Origin: an uncultured Candidatus Actinomarina sp.
GTDB lineage: Bacteria > Actinomycetota > Acidimicrobiia > Actinomarinales > Actinomarinaceae
Reading direction: 5' to 3'
DNA: 64,000 bases
NCBI GenBank assembly: GCA_902634185.1
Contig: CACPJC010000003.1
Span: 64,001-128,000 of the forward strand
A program made the position numbers and the translations under genes. The notes beneath the pieces were generated by a model that was not told where the DNA came from, did no database searches, and saw nothing but the letters and a program-made list of their open reading frames with translations. Positions 56,370 through 64,000 of this stretch are shown here, one piece after another (within the stretch, counting starts at the first letter, position 1; every line of letters begins with the position of its first letter).

Positions 56370-57741
56370 TGTCCAAAAAATTTAAAAGTTCTTTAAAGCC
56401 AGATTCTATATCGATTTGTAATATGTTTTCCCATAAATTTTCAGCTTTTTTATCTGAAAAGTAATTTTTAACATTTTTAACAAATTTATCTTTCAGTAAG
56501 GGTATAGCCTCATCTCTTCTATCTGGATGACCTATAGGAGTTTCTATTTTTACTTTATCAGAAAATGAGCCATCGTTATATTTAAAGTAAATCTCATTTG
56601 AAATATGTCGTTTAGTAATGTCATAATAATTCTTTGTAAAGTCTTTATTTTCATAAACTTTTATCTTCTTTCTTAAAGAATTTACTTGATTTAAACCATG
56701 AAAATTATCACTATAAGTTTCCGAGGTTAAATCATTAAAAATTAGGGCGGCAGATACCATATATTCAAGAGAGTGATCTCTATCCGAGGAATTATTAAGT
56801 TCTTTTTTATTACTAATGATTCTCAATGCTGGCTCATGCGTTTCAATAATTATTTCCTTGATGTCTTTCTCTTTTTCATGAAATAAATCAGATAATTGAA
56901 AAGAAGCTTCTACTGCAGATTGTCCATGAAACTCTGCCGGATACAAGACCTTAAACAAAATATTTTGAATTACCCAATCATCAAGTTCTTTACCAAAGGA
57001 TAGAATATTGTCATCTAAAAAAACTTTGTTAAATCCCCAAATCTGATCATCTTGTATATTTTCGTAAATATTATCAGCAAACTCACTTATTTCAGCAATC
57101 TCAATACCTCTGGATGCAGCATCTCCCGCAGCCCAGCTTTTTCTTTTACCAACATTTGGTGCCTGTCTATAAGATCTTAAATTGACACCATCTTGTAAAA
57201 CGTTATTTACTGTTCTTGATATTGATTCTTCATTTTGATTTGATAATAGAGACGAAAATACTGCACCCGATGCGAGTTTGACATAAAAGACATGGTCGTA
57301 ACCTTTTTCGTTTAAGGAGGTGCCTAATGCTAAGGACCCTTGTATTTCATACATTTGGATTATCGACTGAAAAAATTGTGATAGATTTTTGTCTTTGTGT
57401 TTAAAAAAGTAACCAAATACTGTTCCAATATTGTCAGAAGGATGTGCCCACTCTTTTGCCAAAAAGGTATCGTTATAATCAAACCATCTGGTCAATATTG
57501 AAAGATACCTTGTAATTTCTTTGGAAGATTGGATATCATTTATAACCAAAAAAGGATTTGTATTAGAACCATACTCACCTCTTGTTGCAAATCTCATTGG
57601 ATCTTCATAAGTTGAAGCATTATAAATACAACCCAGAGTGTCTAAAAGTGACAATTTAGTGGCAAGTAAATTTTTCTCAGAAAATACAATATTCTTTGTA
57701 AGATAATTCGAGATTATTTTATCAATATTTTGTTGAACCAA
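56362..57741 (-). CDS. prpD: 2-methylcitrate dehydratase
   Basis: RWFDYNDTFLAKEWAHPSDN, YRQAPN.G.RKSWAAGDA, FK..YPAEFHGQSAVEA, P.GHP.RR.E.IP.L. Confidence 0.93.
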   Translation of the reverse strand: MVQQNIDKIISNYLTKNIVFSEKNLLATKLSLLDTLGCIYNASTYEDPMRFATRGEYGSNTNPFLVINDIQSSKEITRYLSILTRWFDYNDTFLAKEWAHPSDNIGTVFGYFFKHKDKNLSQFFQSIIQMYEIQGSLALGTSLNEKGYDHVFYVKLASGAVFSSLLSNQNEESISRTVNNVLQDGVNLRSYRQAPNVGKRKSWAAGDAASRGIEIAEISEFADNIYENIQDDQIWGFNKVFLDDNILSFGKELDDWVIQNILFKVLYPAEFHGQSAVEASFQLSDLFHEKEKDIKEIIIETHEPALRIISNKKELNNSSDRDHSLEYMVSAALIFNDLTSETYSDNFHGLNQVNSLRKKIKVYENKDFTKNYYDITKRHISNEIYFKYNDGSFSDKVKIETPIGHPDRRDEAIPLLKDKFVKNVKNYFSDKKAENLWENILQIDIESGFKELLNFLDND

Positions 57742-57744
57742 AAA

Positions 57745-58794
57745 TTAGTCTCTTTCTTCAACTCCAATATATTTTGCAGCAGGTCTAATTAATGTGTCAT
57801 CTGCTCTTTGTTCAAAATAATGAGCTGCCCAGCCAACTGATCTACCTGCAACAAAAATAGGAGTGAATAAATTTACATCGAAATCTAACTCTGAAAGCAA
57901 AAGACCACCATAGAAATCAACATTTGGAAATAATTTTTTTTCTTTATCCATAATTTCATCAATTTTCTTAGCGATTTCAAATCTCAGTTTTGCATCATCA
58001 TCAGAAATTAGTTTTTCAACCCAACTTTTAACAACCGGACTTCTAGGATCTTGAATTTTGTAAACACCATGACCAAATCCCATAATTTTTTTCTTTTCTT
58101 CAAGCATTTTCATAACACCTGATGTTGCGTCATCTACATCTTTAAATGAATTTATTAATTCAACTGCTCGCTCATTTGCTCCTCCGTGCAATTCACCTTT
58201 TAACGTTCCTATGCCAGAGACAATTGAACTTGTTAAATCGGATCTTGTAGAGCCTGTAACTCTTGTAGCAAAAGTTGATGCATTAAATCCATGCTCCGCA
58301 TAAAGAATCAAGATATCATCTAGCGCTTGTAACTGATCACTTGATGCATTATTACTTAACATAGAACTAGCAACTGTATAATTATCATCTAATTCGCTGG
58401 TATCATTCTCGTTGTAACTCGCTATAACATAAGCTACAGCAGCAGAAATTTGAGTTGTTAATTCTAAATCAGATTTTTTGTCTGATTCTCCAATATAAGA
58501 AACAATTGTTCTAATAACATCCATAGGGTGAAGTCTTGATTTAATTTGTTTGAAAAGATTATTAACATCATTGTCCCCATCTAATTCTGCATAATATTGC
58601 TTGAAAAAAGTTGTAAAATCAGAACCGTTTAGATCATCACTTATTATTAGGGATGCAACATCCTCATACGTATGAGTTTCTGTAAGCTTTATTGCATCGT
58701 AGCCACGATATCTTAAAGAGGTTCCTTCCATTCCGACGGTAGAAATTTTGGTTTCTCCAGCAATTACTCCTCTTAGACCTGGTGAATATTCCAT
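57745..58794 (-). CDS. prpC: 2-methylcitrate/citrate synthase
   Basis: SPGLRGV.AGET, YRGY, HPMD, YAEHGFNASTF, LHGGANE, GFGH.VY...DPR, PNVDFY; adjacent to prpD. Confidence 0.85.
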   Translation of the reverse strand: MEYSPGLRGVIAGETKISTVGMEGTSLRYRGYDAIKLTETHTYEDVASLIISDDLNGSDFTTFFKQYYAELDGDNDVNNLFKQIKSRLHPMDVIRTIVSYIGESDKKSDLELTTQISAAVAYVIASYNENDTSELDDNYTVASSMLSNNASSDQLQALDDILILYAEHGFNASTFATRVTGSTRSDLTSSIVSGIGTLKGELHGGANERAVELINSFKDVDDATSGVMKMLEEKKKIMGFGHGVYKIQDPRSPVVKSWVEKLISDDDAKLRFEIAKKIDEIMDKEKKLFPNVDFYGGLLLSELDFDVNLFTPIFVAGRSVGWAAHYFEQRADDTLIRPAAKYIGVEERD

Positions 58795-58870
58795 AGTTAA
58801 TTAATTCTACATATAAATTAATAAATTCGACTAGTACAAAGTTGAATTTTATGAATACTAAAATCTTTTC

Positions 58871-61825
58871 ATGGCACAAATTCATGAACTTGAATCAAAA
58901 TCAAGATTTGGAACCAGATATATAGTCGGGATAATTTTAGCAATTTCAACTCTTCTAGTTGCTGGTTGGATTGGATTTTTTGTATTTCTTCCAATCAAAT
59001 CTGGAATGAGTACGATATATGAACTTGAGGATAGGTTTCTTCCAAGAGCAGAAGGGATGGTTTTGGATTTCGTATCTTTATCGGAGCCATCAATAATTAT
59101 TACAAGTGATGATGTAATTCTTGATGAGTTGCATGATGGTTTAAATCGCGATCCAATCAAATTAGCCGATGTTCCACCATTTGTTGTTAACACTTTGCTA
59201 GCAGCAGAAGATAGTAATTATTATCAACATGAAGGTGTCGATTTTATTGCGATTTTAAGCGCAGTTCTTGACAACTTAAGAGGTGTAACCAGAGGTGGGT
59301 CAACAATAACTTCACAAGTTGCCAAACAATCATTCGTTGGAGATGAAATTTCAATAAGAAGAAAAGTAGCAGAAGCAGTGGTTGCAGCTGAACTGGAGAG
59401 AAGGTATACAAAAGATCAAATATTAGAGTATTACATAAATTCAATTTATTGGGGATCAGGTGCATATGGACTCCAATCAGCAGCATTTGAATATTTCAAT
59501 AAAGAGGTATCTGAACTTACATTAGATCAGGCTGCAACTTTAGTTGTTATTATCAGAAGTCCTGCATACTACAATCCAAGAAAATATCCTGAGAGAGTTC
59601 TCGAAAGAAGAAATGATGTATTAGATATTATGCTCAAAGAAGGGTTCATTGTTGATGTTCAGCACAGGTCAGCAAAGTTAGCCCCTTTGGTCATATCAGA
59701 ACCAAATAATATTGAAAACAATGCAGAGCACGTATCAGCGGAAGTCAAAAGGCAATTACTTAATGATCCTCAGTTTGCCTTTTTAGGAGATACAAAAGAA
59801 GATAGAAAGAAAAAACTTTTTGGTTGCCCATCTGACGATACAAGTTGTACTGGTGGAGGTGGTTTAAAAATTTATATAACTGTGAACCTCGCATTACAAG
59901 AGCATGCAAATTCAATTCTGAACAAATGGGTTCCACCTTCAATTGATGAGGATTCAGAAGAAGAAAATGAGCCAAAACCGACAGGGGTAATAACACTACT
60001 AAATAACTTTACAGGTGCAATTGAAGTAATGGCATCAGGAATTCCTTTTGATGAAGAGCAATATAATTTAGCTACTCAAGGAAAAAGAAATCCAGGATCT
60101 GCATTTAAACCAATTACACTCCTTGCAGCATTAGAAACAGGTTCGCAATTATATAGTTATCGAGACTCCAGATCTCCCACTGAAATTGATTGTGGATATC
60201 CATGTGCTCCTGATGGAGTTGGAACTAACTGGGTTGTAAGAAACTATGGAACATCCATAACAGCTGACAGATACATAAATAAAATTGCTGCTCAAGACCG
60301 TGCGATTGAGCTTCAATGCATTGGAACCCATATAGATGAAATTAAAAATAAAGACTTTATTGAGCAATTTCCTTTAGCTGAAGGGCTTGATGACATTGAA
60401 AAAGATAGTGATAAATTATTGGAGATAGGAAAGACACTAAACCAATTTGATGAAGAGGGTGTTCCAATAATTTATAGTGAAAATGAAAATATTGAAAAAG
60501 AAGAGAATCAAACCGTAGTTTCAGATGAATTACTTATTGATGAGCAAAGTAACTTAATACAAATCGAGCTTGAAGCTGAGAAGCAATATATTTTCAAACC
60601 ATGTCAGGACAAATCGGAGTACAACAGATCTATAAAATTACTTGATACATCTGGAATGGTATCGCTTGAGGAAGCTACTAGAAGATCAATTAATACAGTT
60701 TTTGCTCAGTTGGCATCAGAAATTGGAGGGGAAAAACTCGCTAGTACGGCAAAAAGAATTGGTATTGATTCAGAACTTGAACCAGTAATTTCTTTAACTC
60801 TCGGTGCTGGAGCTGTTACACCTATTGAATTAGCTTCTGCATATTCTTCCTTTGCTACAAATGGAAAATTAGCACCACCATATTTAATAGAGAAAATTGA
60901 AGACTCAAATGGACAACTACTTTATAAACATATTGTCTCTACTAGAACAAGTATTCCAGATCCAGCAGCAGCTGCTGCAGTCAGAAAAACACTTGAGGTT
61001 GCAGCTCAAATTGGTACAGGTACAAGGGCAGTTTTAGACGATAGACCAATCGCCGGTAAAACAGGTACCCACCAAGGATTCAGAGAAGCATGGTTCATAG
61101 GATTCATTCCTCAATATACATCCTCAGTTTGGATTGGTTTTGCTGAGGAACAATTACCACTTACTGATGTAGAGATTAATGGTGAGCTCATTAAAAATGT
61201 TTCGGGAGGTAGAGTTCCCGCACCAATTTGGAAAGAATTTATGGAAGAAGTTGTTAAGGGTTTACCTATTCAAGAATGGCCTGAAGATCCTATCGATATA
61301 GATAGATATTATGAAATTCCTAAAATAGAAATTCCAGAATTAGTTGGATTAAACGTTCTTGATGCAGAGGAAATTGCTTTCTCTGGTTATATACTTCCAA
61401 CAATAAATCTTATTGACTCAGAAGAAGCACCTGGATTAGTCCTAAAACAAAATGTTAAAAATTGTAATCGTGAGGAAGAATCCAATGATTCAGATGAAAA
61501 TGATAATAACTCTGAAGAGGAAGACGATTGTATTGGAGTTGAAATGCCTGAGGGTACAGAAGTCATTCTTGAAGTATCAGGTAAAAAATTTACTGGAAAT
61601 CTTCCGAATCTACCACCTTGTGAATATACAATCGATGAGGCAAAAAGTTTAGTTAAGGAATTTATGAGAGAGACAAATGTGATACTTTTTCTTAAAAATA
61701 CATTTGAAGAAACGGACTTAGAAAATTGTGAAGGAAAAGTCATTGGAACTAATGTTGCTCAAGGTGGTACCGTATCTACTGGCGACACACTTTCATTTAT
61801 TATTGGAAGTAAAAATGAAGACTAA
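58871..61825 (+). CDS. Class A penicillin-binding protein (transglycosylase + transpeptidase + PASTA) with insertions
   Basis: AAED..YY.H.GVD, RGGSTITSQ; SAFK (SxxK), SIN (SxN), KTGT; PASTA-like IPELVGL. Confidence 0.94.
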   Translation: MAQIHELESKSRFGTRYIVGIILAISTLLVAGWIGFFVFLPIKSGMSTIYELEDRFLPRAEGMVLDFVSLSEPSIIITSDDVILDELHDGLNRDPIKLADVPPFVVNTLLAAEDSNYYQHEGVDFIAILSAVLDNLRGVTRGGSTITSQVAKQSFVGDEISIRRKVAEAVVAAELERRYTKDQILEYYINSIYWGSGAYGLQSAAFEYFNKEVSELTLDQAATLVVIIRSPAYYNPRKYPERVLERRNDVLDIMLKEGFIVDVQHRSAKLAPLVISEPNNIENNAEHVSAEVKRQLLNDPQFAFLGDTKEDRKKKLFGCPSDDTSCTGGGGLKIYITVNLALQEHANSILNKWVPPSIDEDSEEENEPKPTGVITLLNNFTGAIEVMASGIPFDEEQYNLATQGKRNPGSAFKPITLLAALETGSQLYSYRDSRSPTEIDCGYPCAPDGVGTNWVVRNYGTSITADRYINKIAAQDRAIELQCIGTHIDEIKNKDFIEQFPLAEGLDDIEKDSDKLLEIGKTLNQFDEEGVPIIYSENENIEKEENQTVVSDELLIDEQSNLIQIELEAEKQYIFKPCQDKSEYNRSIKLLDTSGMVSLEEATRRSINTVFAQLASEIGGEKLASTAKRIGIDSELEPVISLTLGAGAVTPIELASAYSSFATNGKLAPPYLIEKIEDSNGQLLYKHIVSTRTSIPDPAAAAAVRKTLEVAAQIGTGTRAVLDDRPIAGKTGTHQGFREAWFIGFIPQYTSSVWIGFAEEQLPLTDVEINGELIKNVSGGRVPAPIWKEFMEEVVKGLPIQEWPEDPIDIDRYYEIPKIEIPELVGLNVLDAEEIAFSGYILPTINLIDSEEAPGLVLKQNVKNCNREEESNDSDENDNNSEEEDDCIGVEMPEGTEVILEVSGKKFTGNLPNLPPCEYTIDEAKSLVKEFMRETNVILFLKNTFEETDLENCEGKVIGTNVAQGGTVSTGDTLSFIIGSKNED

Positions 61826-63162
61826 TCTAAATTTTTAAAAAATTCGTAAAGTGATAAAACTCCAAATCCAGTTGCACCTTTTCTATTATCTGATCGTGCT
61901 GGACCCGCTATGTCCAAATGTATCCAGTCATTTTCACCGATAAACTCTTTTAAAAGAAGAGCGGCAGTTATTGCTCCACCAAATCTCCCACCAGTATTTT
62001 TCATATCAGCTAAATCTGAATCAATTAGCTTTCTATATCCATCAAATAATGGAAGAGGATGAAACTCTTCTTTTATGCTTTTGGCACATTCTATAAATTT
62101 CTTTTCTAAATCGTTGTTGTTTGAAAATGTAGCACCAATATCTAAACCTAATGCAACCACTGAGGCACCTGTTAAAGTCGCAATATCACAAATTAAATCT
62201 GGATTAGTTTCAGCTGCATAAGCTAAGGCATCAGACATAATTAGTCTTCCTTCAGCGTCAGTGTTCATAACCTCAATAGTCTTTCCATTTCTTGTCTTAA
62301 GTACATCACCAGGTCTTATCGCGGAACCGCTAACCATATTTTCTACAATCGGCGTATAAACAGTTAGTCCAATATCCTGATTTGTTCTAGCTACTATATT
62401 TATAACGCCCCAAGCACTTGCTGCACCAGACATATCAGTTTTCATTGTTTCCATACCAGCAGGACTCTTCAATGAATATCCTCCTGTATCGAAAAGAACA
62501 CCTTTTCCAATTAGTGATACTTGGTATTTTGCTTTCGGATTATATTTACCAACAAGAAAATAGGGAGGTCTATCAGACCCTTTTCCAACACCTAAAACAC
62601 CACCAAAATTGTTTTCTTCAAGCCATTTTTTGTCATGTACTTGAATATCTACCAACGAAGAATCGACCAACTCATTTACTTTATCAATGAATACTCCAGG
62701 TGACTTATCCAAAGCAGGTGTATTGATTAAATCTCTTACCCAAAATACTGAATCCTTCTTTATTTCATTTTCAGTAGATTCAATATTTTTAAATGAAATA
62801 GTATTTATTGAAGAGCTGTCTTCAGATTTATAATCATTAAATTTGTATTGAGCATATAAAATTCCGTCAATTATTAAATTGGTATTTTCGTCATTATTTA
62901 AAAAATTAATTTCGGCATCAGATTCAATTTTTGAACCTATTAAAATTCCTATGTCATAAAAGTTGATATCATCATTATTTTCACCTGTTCCAACCAGAAA
63001 CGTTGAATTTTGATTCTTTGAAAATGATGGTGGAACTGAAAGTATTTGATTTTGTTTACCTGTAAAAGAATGTGTTTCACAATATTCTTCAAACTGCTTT
63101 TTATCAAAAAATTCTTCAAAACCAGTTAATTCATTATCTAGAAATAATATATCAATATTCAT
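61822..63162 (-). CDS. pepA: Leucyl aminopeptidase (M17)
   Basis: GKGVLFDTGG.SLK, MKTDMSGAA, NTDAEGRL, DIATLTG, W.HLDIAG. Confidence 0.95.
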   Translation of the reverse strand: MNIDILFLDNELTGFEEFFDKKQFEEYCETHSFTGKQNQILSVPPSFSKNQNSTFLVGTGENNDDINFYDIGILIGSKIESDAEINFLNNDENTNLIIDGILYAQYKFNDYKSEDSSSINTISFKNIESTENEIKKDSVFWVRDLINTPALDKSPGVFIDKVNELVDSSLVDIQVHDKKWLEENNFGGVLGVGKGSDRPPYFLVGKYNPKAKYQVSLIGKGVLFDTGGYSLKSPAGMETMKTDMSGAASAWGVINIVARTNQDIGLTVYTPIVENMVSGSAIRPGDVLKTRNGKTIEVMNTDAEGRLIMSDALAYAAETNPDLICDIATLTGASVVALGLDIGATFSNNNDLEKKFIECAKSIKEEFHPLPLFDGYRKLIDSDLADMKNTGGRFGGAITAALLLKEFIGENDWIHLDIAGPARSDNRKGATGFGVLSLYEFFKNLD

Positions 63163-63701
63163 TTACTTGGTGTCCAATCACTTTCAAACTCTCTCGCTAA
63201 CATCCATAATAGATCAGAAAGTCGATTTAAATATACTACCACTTCTGAATCATCAATTTCTAAATGTCTTTGCCATCTTACGCACTTTCTTTCTGCTCTT
63301 CTTGAAACTACTCTTGCCCAGTCAAATTTAGCCGAAATTTCATTTTCTCCTGGAACTACAAAAAACTCTGGGATACCATTCTTTTCTTCTAAAAAATCGA
63401 TATCCTTTTCAAGTTTTAGAATCATTTTCTTCTCGACTAAAGTTTTATCTGGCTCTAGTTTTTTTCTATTTTCCTTTGTTGTTGCTAACTCTGCTCCAAC
63501 TATGAATAATTCTCTTTGAATCCTAAGTACAGATTCCTGGACTTCGATTGGAAGTTTTTTGTCTGCTCTGATTAGTCCTAATGCCGCAACTAATTCGTCA
63601 ACAGATCCGTATGCATCAGGAGCAAGGTCATCTTTAGAGACTGCATCACCAAAGAGCATCCGTGTGTTACCTTTATCACCTTTTTTTGTGTAAATCTTCA
63701 T
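63159..63701 (-). CDS. PduO-type cob(I)alamin adenosyltransferase
   Basis: KIYTKKGDKG.T, AYGSVDEL, R.V.RRAER, YLNRLSD.L..LAR. Confidence 0.93.
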   Translation of the reverse strand: MKIYTKKGDKGNTRMLFGDAVSKDDLAPDAYGSVDELVAALGLIRADKKLPIEVQESVLRIQRELFIVGAELATTKENRKKLEPDKTLVEKKMILKLEKDIDFLEEKNGIPEFFVVPGENEISAKFDWARVVSRRAERKCVRWQRHLEIDDSEVVVYLNRLSDLLWMLAREFESDWTPSK

Positions 63702-63717
63702 TACTATCAATATAGTC

Positions 63718-63981
63718 CTAGGACAAAAGTAAAAGACCTCCAGAAGCTCCTAGTGAAACAATTAATGACAAATAACTCAATCCTGTAGAAGCCATAACTC
63801 CTGTATATGATTTTTCACCTAAAGATTTATATGAAGCAAACGACAAAATTGATGTAGAAAGAAAAAGTATCAAGATTACATTTTTGAATATATTCTCAAT
63901 ATCTTGACCAACAAATTCAAAAAACACAAGTGGTATAAGAATTAAAGATTGAAAAGTACTGGTAATAGCTATTTTTTTCAT
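63718..63981 (-). CDS. Hypothetical small membrane protein
   Basis: 87-aa ORF with about three hydrophobic segments, co-oriented with the downstream operon. Confidence 0.55.
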   Translation of the reverse strand: MKKIAITSTFQSLILIPLVFFEFVGQDIENIFKNVILILFLSTSILSFASYKSLGEKSYTGVMASTGLSYLSLIVSLGASGGLLLLS

Positions 63982-64000
63982 ACCTTCTTTTGATATTGTT

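Noticed and set aside
60255-60648. Intein in the PBP
   Set aside because: No C-terminal His-Asn followed by Cys/Ser/Thr, no splicing blocks or endonuclease motifs, and the domain is extracytoplasmic.

Overview
A 64-kb, low-GC, very densely packed chromosomal segment of a streamlined actinobacterium. WhiB1, F420 genes cofD/cofE, mycoredoxin, DUF3107/DUF3152 and a class E-type sortase in an AT-rich genome point to marine Acidimicrobiia, e.g. Ca. Actinomarinales (inference). Most of it is housekeeping: prfA-DUF1385-rpmE2-rho, hom-thrC, prs-glmU-tRNA-Gln-ispE-rsmA-tatD-abrB-rsmI, mscL, tmRNA, trxA, smpB, ftsEX, prfB, secA, ahcY, mannose/glycosylation genes, prpCD, a class A PBP, pepA and pduO. 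The most striking element is a four-gene block between thrC and rho. It is led by a 3003-aa ORF joining a giant Cys-paired repeat surface protein, its own LAATG sorting signal and a complete class E-like sortase in one frame, followed by a TetR regulator, a polytopic membrane protein and a Thr-stalked metallopeptidase, with a palindrome in the promoter. A TAATG at the fusion joint means one indel would split it, so reads must be checked. Other hidden features missed by the ORF track: an AhpD-like CxxU selenoprotein with in-frame UGA and a SECIS-like hairpin, a programmed +1 frameshift in prfB, a perfect Rex/CRP-type operator upstream of whiB1, tmRNA, tRNA-Gln and the partial prfA.
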